64,000 nt of DNA from an uncultured Bacilli bacterium (GCA_934096555.1 CAKOMD010000003.1:15489-79488), one strand, 5' to 3'; shown: positions 9,922-20,724, counted from the first letter of the stretch. The notes: a model not told the origin generated them from the sequence alone. A program made the numbers and translations.

Positions 9922-11391
9922 CTATTTTTTATCCTTCATTTGAGGAAATAATACTACATCTCTAATTGAAGGTTGATTAAATATAATCATCATAAGTCTA
10001 TCAATACCAAAACCAAGTCCGCTTATCGGAGGCATACCTTGTTCCATTGCAGACAAGAAATTTTCATCTAATTCCATAGTTTCATCGTCGCCTTGTGCTT
10101 TAGCTTTTAATTGTTCCTCAAAAGTTTCTCTTTGCGTAATAGGATTAACTAACTCAGAATAAGCTTTGCAAAGCTCAGTACCACAAGCGACAACTTGGAA
10201 GACATCAATAATTCTCTTATTCTTATCATTTCTTCTGGCAAGTGGTATAAGAACTGCTGGATAATTATATATAATTGTAGGTTCTAGAACATCAGTTCTA
10301 ATCTTTCTTTTATATATAAAGTCAATAATTTGACTAAGAGATTTTGCTTCATCTAGTTCTTCATAAGTAAATAAACCTGCTTCAACAACCTTATCTTTAA
10401 ATAATCCTGGATCTTCAATATCAAGAAAGTCAAATCCTAATACCTTTCTCATTTCTTCAACATAGTTAATTTTCTTCCATTCAGTACCAAAATCAATAAT
10501 ATTACCTTGATATTCAATTTTAGTATCACCAGTAAGTTCAGTTAATAATCCTCTGATAAACTTTTGATAGAATCTTATATTATCTTCAAAATTCCAATAA
10601 GATGCATACCATTCAACTTGTGTAAATTCCTGAAGATGTTCAGTATCCATACCTTCATTTCTAAAACACTTTGCAACTTCGTATACTCTATTAAATCCAC
10701 CTGCAACACATTGCTTTAAATATGTTTCAGGAGCTATTCTAAGATTACAATCCATATCTAATGCATTATGATGTGTATAAAATGGTTTAGCACTTGCTCC
10801 ACATACAGCATTTTGTAATATTGGAGTTTCTACCTCTAAAAAACCATTTTCTCCTAAAAATCTATGAATATAAGCATATAATTTACTCCTACCAAGAAAA
10901 ACCTTTCTAGTTTCCTCATTCATAATTAAGTCTACATATCTTTGTCTATATTTCATTTCCATATCAGTAAGTCCATGAAACTTTTCAGGAAGTGGTCTAA
11001 GTGCCTTTCCCAAAAATTCAAAACTATGTACTCTTAAAGTTTTTTCACCAGTTTGCGTAGTAAATATTTCCCCTCTTGCACCAATAAAATCACCAGTATC
11101 AATTAATTTTTTAAAGAAAGCATATTTATCTTCACCAACCATATCAATTTTAATTTCAAGTTGCATGTCTCCTTCAATGTCACGAATTCTTACAAAAGAT
11201 AATTTTCCCATCTTTCTCATAAATACGATTCTACCAGCGATAGATACATCAGTAGTTCCATCGTCTAATAATCTTGCATCTTTAATTTTATGTGTTACCT
11301 CATATTTTTCAGGATAAGGATTACAATAATTCTTTATTTCCTCTAATTTATCTCTTCTTACTTGTTCTTGTTCACTAAATTGTCTTTCCAT
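9922..11391 (-). CDS. lysS: lysine--tRNA ligase (class II)
   Basis: 489 aa with an OB-fold N-domain and class II motifs ending in GLGFGIDRLMM. Confidence 0.95.
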   Translation of the reverse strand: MERQFSEQEQVRRDKLEEIKNYCNPYPEKYEVTHKIKDARLLDDGTTDVSIAGRIVFMRKMGKLSFVRIRDIEGDMQLEIKIDMVGEDKYAFFKKLIDTGDFIGARGEIFTTQTGEKTLRVHSFEFLGKALRPLPEKFHGLTDMEMKYRQRYVDLIMNEETRKVFLGRSKLYAYIHRFLGENGFLEVETPILQNAVCGASAKPFYTHHNALDMDCNLRIAPETYLKQCVAGGFNRVYEVAKCFRNEGMDTEHLQEFTQVEWYASYWNFEDNIRFYQKFIRGLLTELTGDTKIEYQGNIIDFGTEWKKINYVEEMRKVLGFDFLDIEDPGLFKDKVVEAGLFTYEELDEAKSLSQIIDFIYKRKIRTDVLEPTIIYNYPAVLIPLARRNDKNKRIIDVFQVVACGTELCKAYSELVNPITQRETFEEQLKAKAQGDDETMELDENFLSAMEQGMPPISGLGFGIDRLMMIIFNQPSIRDVVLFPQMKDKK

Positions 11392-11984
11392 TATTCTTTC
11401 ACCTCTTCTATTACATTAGTACCTGCAATTATATCATGTAAACCTCTGCCATCTTTCTTATAAGTTACCATAAAGAATGATACTATAATGACAAAAAATT
11501 CAACATAACCTATAATTGTATAAATATAAGTAAATGTATTAACACTTAATAAATTAACAAATATTATACTAAATAAGGCACTAATTATATTATATATAAA
11601 CAAACTTCTAAGTAACATATTCCATATACTAGGTTTATTTCCATCCTTATTTACTACTTTGATCTTTAATAATTTTTTACCTAATGTTTGACCTTTATTT
11701 AAAGTTGCAAACACTACAAAATATCCAATATATAAAGTTACAGAAACAATATTAGTAGTAACATTACTCTTTTGTAATTCATAATTAATTTTATAAGTTT
11801 CATCTTTATATTCATCTATGGTAATTTCACCACTTTGATAATCACTTAATAGTTTACTCATTTTATCTGTTAAATCACTAGTCTTATTACTATTAAAGCC
11901 TACTGTTATTAAAGAAGCAATAAATATAACTATAAAATAGTCCAATATAAATGCTCCCAATCTCTTGAAAAAACTTGCCTTCAT
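11391..11984 (-). CDS. RDD family membrane protein
   Basis: N-terminal FFKRLGAFILDYFIV and a C-terminal RGLHD, typical of the RDD domain. Start trimmed to MKASFF after an AGGAGA RBS. Confidence 0.7.
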   Translation of the reverse strand: MKASFFKRLGAFILDYFIVIFIASLITVGFNSNKTSDLTDKMSKLLSDYQSGEITIDEYKDETYKINYELQKSNVTTNIVSVTLYIGYFVVFATLNKGQTLGKKLLKIKVVNKDGNKPSIWNMLLRSLFIYNIISALFSIIFVNLLSVNTFTYIYTIIGYVEFFVIIVSFFMVTYKKDGRGLHDIIAGTNVIEEVKE

Positions 11985-12006
11985 AATTCTCATCTCCTAG
12001 TAAATA

Positions 12007-12990
12007 TTATACATTATTTTTAAGTTCTTTTAAATAGTTATTAAGAATATTTTTTAGTTCTTCACTAGTTTTTGCCTTAAATATTTCATTTTTAACGCTT
12101 TGTGTTCCAGGAAGTCCTTTTAAATACCAAGCAGCATGGCTTCTCATTTCAAGTACTGCAACCCTTTCATCTTTTATTTTAAGTAAATAATCTAAGTGAT
12201 GAAAACACATATTTATTTTATCTTCATAACTAGGTTTTGCGATTATCTTACCAGTATCTAGATATGTAATAATTTCCTTCATTAACCAAGGATTGCCAAG
12301 TACTCCTCTACCTATCATAATAGCATCACATCCAGTATAAGCTAACATCCTTTCAGCAGATTCAACACTAGTAATATCTCCATTACCTATTACCGGAATA
12401 GATACAGCCTCTTTAACTTTTTTTATTATGTCCAAATCAACACTTCCAGAATAGCCCTGACTCCTAGTTCTTCCATGAACTGTAATAGCACTAGCACCAG
12501 CCTCTTCACATATCTTAGCAACCTCTACAGCATTAATACTATTTGTATCCCAACCGCTTCTGATTTTAACAGTTACTGGAACATTTACTGCTTCAACAAC
12601 TGCACTAACTATGTCTCTTATTTTTTTTGGATTCTTAAGTAAAGCACTCCCAGCTTGTGATTTTACAGCCACTTTAGGTACAGGACAGCCCATATTAATA
12701 TCAATAATATCTGGATGCATAATTTCCTCAACCATTTTAGCAGCCTCTACAAAAGTATCTTTGTCACTTCCAAATATCTGCTGCGCTATAGGTCGTTCAC
12801 ATTCTTCAAAATAAAGCATATCTTTTGTCTTCTTACTATCATAAACAAGTCCTTTATCGCTTACCATTTCTGCATATACCAAAGGACAACCCATTTCTTT
12901 GATAATTTTTCTAAATGCACTATTACATACACCAGCCATTGGAGCAAGAACTATATTGCCCTTTATAACAATATTACCAATTTTAAACAT
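12007..12990 (-). CDS. dusB: tRNA-dihydrouridine synthase
   Basis: Dus family TIM barrel with LAPMAGV, NMGCP and HGRTR motifs. Start trimmed to MFKIGN. Confidence 0.9.
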   Translation of the reverse strand: MFKIGNIVIKGNIVLAPMAGVCNSAFRKIIKEMGCPLVYAEMVSDKGLVYDSKKTKDMLYFEECERPIAQQIFGSDKDTFVEAAKMVEEIMHPDIIDINMGCPVPKVAVKSQAGSALLKNPKKIRDIVSAVVEAVNVPVTVKIRSGWDTNSINAVEVAKICEEAGASAITVHGRTRSQGYSGSVDLDIIKKVKEAVSIPVIGNGDITSVESAERMLAYTGCDAIMIGRGVLGNPWLMKEIITYLDTGKIIAKPSYEDKINMCFHHLDYLLKIKDERVAVLEMRSHAAWYLKGLPGTQSVKNEIFKAKTSEELKNILNNYLKELKNNV

Positions 12991-13058
12991 AATATCACCA
13001 CACGTTACATATTTTACCATATAATAAATAAAATTAAAAGAAAAAATTAAGTAATAAT

Positions 13059-13247
13059 TTACTTAATCATATATAAAAAATCATATATAAAACTACATAT
13101 TAAATAAGACATTCCAAATATAAGAAGAATATAAAAAACTTTAGCTTGTACAATTTTATTTTTCTTAAAAATACTATTAAAATTAACGCTATCCATAGCA
13201 TAAATAGTTAAAGGAAATACTAATAAATATAGTAAAAATTTTACCAT
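13059..13247 (-). CDS. small membrane protein, unknown function
   Basis: 62 aa with two hydrophobic segments. Its start overlaps the rpiB stop (ATGA coupling). Confidence 0.35.
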   Translation of the reverse strand: MVKFLLYLLVFPLTIYAMDSVNFNSIFKKNKIVQAKVFYILLIFGMSYLICSFIYDFLYMIK

Positions 13248-13678
13248 TATCTTTCTAAATCCTTAATCATATCATTTCTTCTAATGTATTTGCTTACATT
13301 AGTAAATGGAGTATTAATAAACTTATCAACAATATCCAACATTAAATCTTCATCTAATTCTTCACTCATTGCTATACAATTAGCATCATTGTGTGCTTTA
13401 CATAAAATAGCCTCACTTTCATTTGAAACTTTAGCACAATATACACCTTTCATTTTATTTAAAGTAATACTCATACCTATACCAGTACCACATATAGCAA
13501 TTCCTAAATCAACTTCACCATTTTGGATAGCAGTTCCTAATTTTTTAGCATAAACTGGAAAATCAACACTATCCTCAGTATCAGTTCCATAATCAATAAC
13601 ATCATATTTATATAAACTATCTTTCAAAAATTTTTTTGCTTTATAACCACGATGATCACTCGCAAGTCCTATTGTCAT
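13247..13678 (-). CDS. rpiB: ribose-5-phosphate isomerase B (RpiB/LacAB family)
   Basis: 143 aa with the ICGTGIGMS active-site block. Confidence 0.9.
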   Translation of the reverse strand: MTIGLASDHRGYKAKKFLKDSLYKYDVIDYGTDTEDSVDFPVYAKKLGTAIQNGEVDLGIAICGTGIGMSITLNKMKGVYCAKVSNESEAILCKAHNDANCIAMSEELDEDLMLDIVDKFINTPFTNVSKYIRRNDMIKDLER

Positions 13679-13777
13679 ATTATCACCATTCCTTCAATCT
13701 AATTATACTAAAAAAATCATTCGAGTTAAATATAATTTATTTTTTTTGACATATATTTTACACAAAAGAAAAAGACA

Positions 13778-14770
13778 TTATTGTCTTTCCAACATATATA
13801 AGTTATCTAAAAGTATTCCTGTACCTTCAGCCACACAAGTAAGTGGAGATTCTGCAATAAATACAGGTACTTTAAGTTCTTGACTTAGTACTTGAGCAAA
13901 TCCATCTACTAAAGCACCACCACCAGTAAGTACAATTCCTTTATCAATAATATCAGCAGATAACTCAGGTGGAGTTTGTTCTAGTATACCCTTAACAGCA
14001 TGAATAATAATGTAGACACTTTCTCTTAAAGCTTCTTCTACCTCATCACTTGTCAAAGTAATCGTGTGAGGAAGTCCAGTAACTAAATCTCTACCTCTAA
14101 CTTCCATTTTTTCATTTCTAGAACCAGGAAAAACAGTACCAATAGTTATTTTTATATCTTCTGCTGTCCTTTCTCCTACCAATAATTTATATTTATCTTT
14201 AATATATTTTACAATATCATTATCAAAAGCATTACCAGCAATTCTAATTGAAGCACTATTAACAATTCCACCCAAAGATAGTATAGCAATATCAGTAGTA
14301 CCACCACCAATATCTATTACCATATTACCACTTGGTTTAGATATATCCATACCAGCTCCAATTGCGGCAACTTTAGGTTCTTCTTCTAGAAAAACTTTCT
14401 TAGCTCCGGTTCTTTCAGCAGCCTCTTTAATAGCATTTTTTTCAACCTGAGTAATATTAGAAGGACAACATATCAATATTCTAGGTCTAGAAAAAAAACT
14501 CTTACCATTTACTTTTTTTATAAAGTAATTAAGCATAACTTCTGTAGTGTCATAATCAGCAATTACACCATCTTTCATAGGCTTAATGGCTTTTACTTTG
14601 CCAGGAGTTCTACCAAGCATCTCATGAGCTTCACTTCCCACAGCTAAAGGTCTTTTCGTGTCAGCATCTATAGCAACAACAGATGGCTCATTTAATACAA
14701 TACCTTGTCCCTTAATATATATAAGTACATTAGCAGTTCCTAAGTCAATTCCAATATCTTTGTTAAACAT
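13778..14770 (-). CDS. mbl: MreB/Mbl actin-like rod-shape protein
   Basis: 330 aa with DLGTANV and GGGTTD motifs. It lies directly downstream of spoIIID, as mbl does in Bacillus. Confidence 0.9.
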   Translation of the reverse strand: MFNKDIGIDLGTANVLIYIKGQGIVLNEPSVVAIDADTKRPLAVGSEAHEMLGRTPGKVKAIKPMKDGVIADYDTTEVMLNYFIKKVNGKSFFSRPRILICCPSNITQVEKNAIKEAAERTGAKKVFLEEEPKVAAIGAGMDISKPSGNMVIDIGGGTTDIAILSLGGIVNSASIRIAGNAFDNDIVKYIKDKYKLLVGERTAEDIKITIGTVFPGSRNEKMEVRGRDLVTGLPHTITLTSDEVEEALRESVYIIIHAVKGILEQTPPELSADIIDKGIVLTGGGALVDGFAQVLSQELKVPVFIAESPLTCVAEGTGILLDNLYMLERQ

Positions 14771-14794
14771 AAAATCACCATCCTCATTTACATT

Positions 14795-15082
14795 TTACCA
14801 CAATTTAACATTTTTTAATAGAGAAGATTCCCTTTTTTTGTCTAAAAACTTATCTTTTGTAGCCTGTCCTCCTCTAATATGCTTAATATAAGTATGATAT
14901 TCCAAAACACTTGACACTTTTTTATATAAGGTACTGTCAAGTAACACTAATTTTTCTCTCATGTCCTTATGTACAGTACTCTTAGATACACCAAATATAA
15001 AAGATACTTCCCTAATTGTTTTATTAGTATCAATAATATAATTAGCTTCTTCTATTACTCTAGAAACAACTTTTTTATTCAT
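14795..15082 (-). CDS. spoIIID: sporulation transcriptional regulator SpoIIID
   Basis: From MNKKVVSRVIEEANYII..., with the KSTVHKDM HTH and the HIRGGQATK basic region. The ORF-track N-terminal extension was trimmed. Confidence 0.9.
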   Translation of the reverse strand: MNKKVVSRVIEEANYIIDTNKTIREVSFIFGVSKSTVHKDMREKLVLLDSTLYKKVSSVLEYHTYIKHIRGGQATKDKFLDKKRESSLLKNVKLW

Positions 15083-15141
15083 ATACTCACCTATAAAATT
15101 ATATTTATAAGAAAGTATATTATGTAAAAAAGGCATAATGC

Positions 15142-15783
15142 CTATAATTCATCAACAGATTTATTATAATATTCTTCAGGATTAACTATAGAGCCTTTAT
15201 AATATAATTCAAAATGCAAATGATTATTTAACTCTTTATTAATGTTAGATAACCCACTTTTAGCAAGTATTTGTCCCTGAATAACATTATCTCCCTCTTT
15301 TACAGTAACCTCAGACAAACTTTGATATACACTAATAAGTTCATTACTATGCCTAACTTCAATAGAAGTACCAAGAATTTTATTTTCATAAACATTTATT
15401 ACTGTACCATCAAGAATACTTATTACATCAAATGAACTATCACTAGTGTAATCAACCCCCGAATTTTGCATATAAGTATCTTCATAAAAAATAATAGATT
15501 CTTCCTGATTAGCAGCCTCATCTTGATAATCATAAAAAGTCTTATAAATAGCAACTTTACTATCTAAATAAGGTCTCACTATTTTAGAACTAGTACTTAC
15601 TACGGGTATATCCTTATCATATTCAGACACAATTTCACCATCAACATAATTGGTATTTTTTTTATCCTTAAATAACAAATTATTAGATAGTCTACCTGCA
15701 AAATACATACAAAACAAAAATGCAATAACACATACTCCGTAAACCATCGGTATTAAGAGTGGCTTAATTCTTTTCATTTTCAT
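15142..15783 (-). CDS. membrane-anchored M23 (LytM) peptidase in the spoIIQ position
   Basis: N-terminal TM plus an M23 domain (HLHFELYY HxH block). It lies between spoIID and spoIIID, as clostridial spoIIQ does. Confidence 0.65.
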   Translation of the reverse strand: MKMKRIKPLLIPMVYGVCVIAFLFCMYFAGRLSNNLLFKDKKNTNYVDGEIVSEYDKDIPVVSTSSKIVRPYLDSKVAIYKTFYDYQDEAANQEESIIFYEDTYMQNSGVDYTSDSSFDVISILDGTVINVYENKILGTSIEVRHSNELISVYQSLSEVTVKEGDNVIQGQILAKSGLSNINKELNNHLHFELYYKGSIVNPEEYYNKSVDEL

Positions 15784-15830
15784 ATTCTCACCTCTACTAT
15801 AATTGTTTCCTAAATTAAAAAATATATACA

Positions 15831-16757
15831 TCAATTTAACAATTTTTTAATTGAAGTTCCAACATAGTAATGCGAAAGAATATCTTTATATGAATAACCT
15901 TCAAGTGCCATGCCTTCCGCACCATATTGACTCATTCCAACACCATGACCATAACCAACAGTATCAATAATAATATTATCATTATCTTGTCTCAAAGAAA
16001 AATCAGTAGACTTTAAACCAAGCTTATCATATAACTCTCTACCAGTAAACTCCGTGCCATTAATACTAAGATTTAGTATTCTATTAGTACTACTTCTTTT
16101 TAAAACTTTAAAATTTAACGTATCAGATTTTTCTAATCCTAAAGAAGAATAAAAATTGCTACTAGAAATCTTCTTAGTACTTTTAAAAGCACTACTAGTT
16201 GAACTATCCCACATCGATGTAACACTCTGCAAGTAAGGTAGATCAATATTAAATACCAAAGAAGAATTTTCTGTATAACCATTACTTGTAGAAAAAAACA
16301 AAGCATCAATAACTTCACCATTATATTCTAAATATTCCAAAGAAGTATCATTAACTGCCTCTCTTAATTTATTAATATTATCAACATACTTATTACCCCA
16401 TGCGTCTTTTAAATAAGCATTATCCAAATATACTTGATTTAGGACTGAATCAACTACATCATATTCACTATCTTTATTGTACTCTATTTTTTTTAAAGCA
16501 TAACTTCTCGCTGCTACAGCCTGAGCCTTAAAAGCTTCCTTTTCAAAATAAATAGGCATTTCCCCAGCAAGTACACCAACTATATATTCTTCAAATGGTA
16601 AATATTCTATTTCACCACTACTTAATCTCTTAACCCTAATAATAGTATTAGACTCATAATTAAGTTTTATTTCTTCTTTTTTATCAATTTTAAAAAAAGT
16701 CACTATCACAAATGGAATAAATATAATTACAACAGTTAAAAATATTATCTTTTTCAT
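15831..16757 (-). CDS. spoIID: stage II sporulation protein D (lytic transglycosylase)
   Basis: SpoIID/LytB domain blocks AQAVAARSYA, FFSTSNGYTEN and GHGVGMSQYGA. Confidence 0.9.
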   Translation of the reverse strand: MKKIIFLTVVIIFIPFVIVTFFKIDKKEEIKLNYESNTIIRVKRLSSGEIEYLPFEEYIVGVLAGEMPIYFEKEAFKAQAVAARSYALKKIEYNKDSEYDVVDSVLNQVYLDNAYLKDAWGNKYVDNINKLREAVNDTSLEYLEYNGEVIDALFFSTSNGYTENSSLVFNIDLPYLQSVTSMWDSSTSSAFKSTKKISSSNFYSSLGLEKSDTLNFKVLKRSSTNRILNLSINGTEFTGRELYDKLGLKSTDFSLRQDNDNIIIDTVGYGHGVGMSQYGAEGMALEGYSYKDILSHYYVGTSIKKLLN

Positions 16758-16819
16758 ATTCTTACCTCTACATAATTATATGATGCAAAAAAGAAAAAAA
16801 TTGTCGAAAAAAAGAAGTG

Positions 16820-17572
16820 TTACTTACCACTTCTTAAAACTTCAAATTTAACATTATTTGTTTTACCTAAAATATTAGGATCCTTTTCAGTTGTGAAGGC
16901 CAAATCAAATAAAGTACCCTTTTGACTATTAAACATTATTTCACCAGTCTCAGAATTTCTATGCCAACCAACATTTCCACCTCTATCAAGTACTATAGCA
17001 ATAAATGGTTCCATTCCTTGGACATTACTAATTCTTATTATAGAATAAAATGGAAAATATTTATCTGCTGCAACAATTCTAATAGTTCCATATTCAGTAT
17101 CATCGTAATATATATTTTCTCTTAAATCATAGCCAGTACTTGTTCTGCCGCCACATCCGTAGCAGTCAGGACCATACCCAGTTAAACTACCAGTAAATGT
17201 TTCTAATGCCGTTCTATCACTAAAATCCGGATTTAAAGGAGTAACATTAGTTTCTTCATCTTTAGGAGATTCTTCTTTAACTTCTTCCTTAACTGTTTCT
17301 TGTTTAATATTCTCTTCTACTTTAGGTTCCTCTACTACATCAGCAGAAGTAAGCTCAACAACAACACTAGAATCAGTTTCTTCTTTTTTATTTTCTAAGC
17401 TATTAAAAAGAAACAAAGTTTTATCTGCCATTTTATTAAAATTACTATTGTTTACTACCACACTTTTATCATTACCATTTCCTGTATCATTAGAAAAGAG
17501 CAAAAACAAAAATACACTAGCCACTAATAGCTGTGAAGAAATAGTTATTACTTTGGCAGCTATTTTTTTCAT
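16820..17572 (-). CDS. secreted 3D/RlpA-like (double-psi beta-barrel) domain protein, YabE-position
   Basis: Signal/TM segment, a Glu/Lys-rich linker and a C-terminal block TGYGPDCYGCGGRTSTG...IVLDRGG. It is syntenic with Bacillus yabE next to tatD. Confidence 0.5.
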   Translation of the reverse strand: MKKIAAKVITISSQLLVASVFLFLLFSNDTGNGNDKSVVVNNSNFNKMADKTLFLFNSLENKKEETDSSVVVELTSADVVEEPKVEENIKQETVKEEVKEESPKDEETNVTPLNPDFSDRTALETFTGSLTGYGPDCYGCGGRTSTGYDLRENIYYDDTEYGTIRIVAADKYFPFYSIIRISNVQGMEPFIAIVLDRGGNVGWHRNSETGEIMFNSQKGTLFDLAFTTEKDPNILGKTNNVKFEVLRSGK

Positions 17573-17624
17573 ATTATGTCTCACCTCATTAATATTTTAA
17601 AGCATATTAATTGTAACATTTTTT

Positions 17625-18380
17625 TTATAAAAAGTCAAATATACCCTCTGCACTAGAAGTCGTAACCCTTGCAACATCTACATTTGTTACATCTTTAATG
17701 CTAGCTATGCACTCAGCAATTACTGGTATATTAGAAGGATCATTTTTATTACCTCTATAAGGTTCAGGACTAAGATATGGACTATCTGTCTCTAACAAAA
17801 TATATGATAAATCTATATCTCTTACTACCTCTTTAATATTTTTAGCATTTTTAAAAGTAATTATACCTCCAACTCCTAACTTATATCCCAATTTAATAAA
17901 TAACTTGGCCATTTCCAATGAACCATTGAAGCAATGGATACTACCCCTTAAATTATATTTACTCAATATATTATATGTTTCTCCAATAGAATCTCTACTA
18001 TGAATAATAACGGGTTTATTAAACTTTTCAGCTATTTCAAGTTGTCTATTAAAAATTTTTTTTTGTTTTTCTTTATCAGTGTTTTCGTAATGATAATCAA
18101 GTCCGATTTCACCAATACCAACAATTTTTTTATTATTAATATTATTTATTAAAAATTCAAAATATTCATCCTTAAAATCATCTAATTCAGTAGGATGAAA
18201 ACCTATAGTACCATAAATAATATCATACTTATTAACTAACTCTAATACTTCCATATTAGACTTCATATCACAGCCACTAACTATAATCTTAGTAACATCT
18301 TTTTCTTTACATTTTTTAACAATTTCTTCAATATTATCATAATATTCACTAAATACATGACAATGTGTATCAATATACAT
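17625..18380 (-). CDS. tatD: TatD family metal-dependent DNase/hydrolase
   Basis: DTHCH, IGEIGLDY, HSRD and ETDSPYL motifs. Confidence 0.9.
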   Translation of the reverse strand: MYIDTHCHVFSEYYDNIEEIVKKCKEKDVTKIIVSGCDMKSNMEVLELVNKYDIIYGTIGFHPTELDDFKDEYFEFLINNINNKKIVGIGEIGLDYHYENTDKEKQKKIFNRQLEIAEKFNKPVIIHSRDSIGETYNILSKYNLRGSIHCFNGSLEMAKLFIKLGYKLGVGGIITFKNAKNIKEVVRDIDLSYILLETDSPYLSPEPYRGNKNDPSNIPVIAECIASIKDVTNVDVARVTTSSAEGIFDFL

Positions 18381-18424
18381 AAAAAAACCTCCAATAAAAA
18401 AATTATACTAAAAATATAGTACAA

Positions 18425-18586
18425 TTATTTCTTATAGACACCATATCTAAAAAATAACACAATTACTATACTAAAGTATAATAAATCAAGAATATTACTA
18501 CCTACAAATATAAAAGAAACCAATACCCCTATTAAAATACAACAAGATATCTTAAAAATAAGGTTCCATTTTTTAGCATTAAGCAT
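18425..18586 (-). CDS. possible 53-aa small membrane protein
   Basis: Below the ORF-track cutoff: MLNAKKWNLIFKISCCILIGVLVSFIFVGSNILDLLYFSIVIVLFFRYGVYKK, preceded by an AAGGAGAAAAAGGT RBS. Confidence 0.3.
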   Translation of the reverse strand: MLNAKKWNLIFKISCCILIGVLVSFIFVGSNILDLLYFSIVIVLFFRYGVYKK

Positions 18587-18689
18587 ACCTTTTTCTCCTT
18601 TTCCACTGCAGGTACTACACTAAAAATATAACACATTTTAAAAAATTAGTAAACATAATTTTACTTATTTTACACATATAAAATTAAAA

Positions 18690-18706
18690 AGGACCATTAA
18701 AGTCCT
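18690..18706 (-). terminator. weak terminator hairpin after metG
   Basis: On the minus strand: AGGAC-TTTAATG-GTCCT followed by TTTTTAATTTT. The stem is only 5 bp. Confidence 0.35.
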
Positions 18707-18710
18707 CTAA

Positions 18711-20246
18711 CTATTTAGTTTCAATTCTTTGAAATAAAACTTCTGGAGTACCAACTTTAGTACCACTCTTATATCCACCAAATACTTTTACACTTTCATA
18801 TGAAGTATTATCAGTATTAATCTGTTTAAATATCTTTTCTGCTGTATCAGGCATAAATGGTTTAAGCAAAACAGTTCCTATTCTAATACTTTCAATCAAA
18901 TTATAAAGTACAGTAGCAAGTCTTTCCTTTTTATTTTCATCTTTAGCAAGTATCCAAGGAGTAGTATCATCAATATACTTATTGCATGATCTAAATAAAT
19001 CAAAAATAGTATCTAATGCCTTAGGAATTTCAAGTTTATTCATATAATTTTCAACTTTTGTATATAATTCTTCAGCCTCTTTAATTAAACTATTATCAAT
19101 TTCTTCAGATACACCTTTATTAGAAACATCTCCATCAAAGTATTTATTTACCATACCTATAGTTCTATTAACTAAATTACCTAAAATATTAGCTAAATCA
19201 CCATTAGTTCTATTAATTAAAGCCTCTTCAGAAAAAGAACCGTCACTACCAAAAGGAACCTCTCTTAAAGCGAAATATCTAATAGCATCTACACCATAAG
19301 CATCAATATACTCTCTAGGATCTTTATAATTTCCAAGACTCTTAGATATCTTACCACCATCAATAACAAGCCATCCATGACCAAATACCTTTTTAGGTAG
19401 TGGTAAATCAAGAGCCATTAACATAATAGGCCATACAATAGTATGAAATCTTATAATTTCTTTACCAACAATATGCAAATCACAAGGCCAATACTTCTTA
19501 AATAAACTATCATCATCACTCAAATATCCTAAAGCAGATATATAGTTAGTTAAAGCGTCTAACCATACATATACAACATGTTTATCGTCAAACGTAACAG
19601 GAATCCCCCAATCAAAACTAGTTCTAGATACACATAAATCAGCTAGTCCAGGTTTAATAAAATTATTAATCATTTCATTTTTTCTAGACTCAGGTTCAAT
19701 AAAATCAGGATTTTCTTCATAATACTTAATTAATCTATCTTGATATTTAGATAATTTAAAGAAATAAGCCTCTTCAGATACCTCATGAACATCTCTACCA
19801 CAATCAGGACATTTACCATTGGTTAACTGTGTTTCAGTCCAAAATGATTCACAAGGAGTACAATATAATCCCTTATATTCACCTTTATAAATATCACCTT
19901 GTTTATATAATCTTTCAAATATCTTTTGTACACACTTAACATGTTCTTCATCAGTAGTTCTAATAAACTTATCATAACTAATATCTAGACTTTTCCACAA
20001 ATCTTTAGCATTAGCAACAATTTTATCTACATATTCTTTAGGAGTAACTCCAGCTTCATTTGCTTTCTTTTGTATTTTTTCTCCATGTTCATCAGTACCA
20101 GTTAAATAAAATACATCATAACCAGTAAGTCTTTTATATCTTGCAATAGCATCCGCTACTATAGTAGTATAACAATGTCCTATATGAAAATTAGCGCTAG
20201 GATAGTATATAGGAGTTGTTATATAAAACTTTTTATCATTATTCAT
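18711..20246 (-). CDS. metG: methionine--tRNA ligase (short form)
   Basis: Starts at MNNDKKFYITTPIYY. HIGH (ANFHIGH), KISKS and the CPDCG zinc knuckle are present. At about 511 aa there is no C-terminal Trbp111-like domain. The ORF-track 22-aa extension was trimmed. Confidence 0.92.
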   Translation of the reverse strand: MNNDKKFYITTPIYYPSANFHIGHCYTTIVADAIARYKRLTGYDVFYLTGTDEHGEKIQKKANEAGVTPKEYVDKIVANAKDLWKSLDISYDKFIRTTDEEHVKCVQKIFERLYKQGDIYKGEYKGLYCTPCESFWTETQLTNGKCPDCGRDVHEVSEEAYFFKLSKYQDRLIKYYEENPDFIEPESRKNEMINNFIKPGLADLCVSRTSFDWGIPVTFDDKHVVYVWLDALTNYISALGYLSDDDSLFKKYWPCDLHIVGKEIIRFHTIVWPIMLMALDLPLPKKVFGHGWLVIDGGKISKSLGNYKDPREYIDAYGVDAIRYFALREVPFGSDGSFSEEALINRTNGDLANILGNLVNRTIGMVNKYFDGDVSNKGVSEEIDNSLIKEAEELYTKVENYMNKLEIPKALDTIFDLFRSCNKYIDDTTPWILAKDENKKERLATVLYNLIESIRIGTVLLKPFMPDTAEKIFKQINTDNTSYESVKVFGGYKSGTKVGTPEVLFQRIETK

Positions 20247-20724
20247 TATTATCTTCTCCTTTATTTGTACTACCAATACCACCATTTCTTGTATCAGTAG
20301 CACTATCATCATCAGTAATTAAATATGACATAAATATACCTTGTACAAATCTATCACCCTTTTTAATTACTACTTCTTTATCACTTTCATTTTGTAAACA
20401 TACAAAAATATGTCCTTCATTATCTTTATTATTATAATAATCAGCATCGATTATACCAACCTGATTACACATCCGAGTATTATATTTAAAACCCAAACTA
20501 CTACGAATATATATTCCTAAAAATTCATTTTTATTCATCATAGCCTTAATACCCGTCGGAATAACTACTCTTTCATTTGGCTTAATAGTTATATCATATA
20601 GAGAATAAAAATCATATCCAGCACTATTTTTAGTACTTCTCTTTGGTAATATAATATCTTCATAATTACCATTAGGAACATTATTCAAAAAATTATCTTT
20701 ACTTATCTTTTCAAATTTTCTCAT
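20239..20724 (-). CDS. dut: dUTP diphosphatase (trimeric dUTPase)
   Basis: AGYDFYS and GIIDADYY motifs plus a C-terminal RNGGIGST. An AGGAGG RBS precedes the start, and the stop overlaps the metG start by 8 nt. Confidence 0.85.
   Translation of the reverse strand: MRKFEKISKDNFLNNVPNGNYEDIILPKRSTKNSAGYDFYSLYDITIKPNERVVIPTGIKAMMNKNEFLGIYIRSSLGFKYNTRMCNQVGIIDADYYNNKDNEGHIFVCLQNESDKEVVIKKGDRFVQGIFMSYLITDDDSATDTRNGGIGSTNKGEDNNE

Noticed and set aside
16139-16321. Same-strand alternative-frame ORFs within genes (16139-16321 in spoIID, 23187-23444 in mfd, 35723-35917 in gyrA, and 57188-57430, 57836-58030 and 59045-59302 in polC).
   Set aside because: They are fully embedded in conserved CDSs in another frame, with no independent signals. 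They are judged spurious.
18711-20312. Long N-terminal extensions in the ORF track (metG +22 aa, dnaA +16 aa, tadA +26 aa, spoIIID +18 aa, M23 peptidase +17 aa, holB +14 aa, and others).
   Set aside because: In each case an internal ATG is preceded by a good GGAGG-type RBS and coincides with the conserved family N-terminus. The extensions are hydrophobic or low-complexity read-through of upstream sequence.
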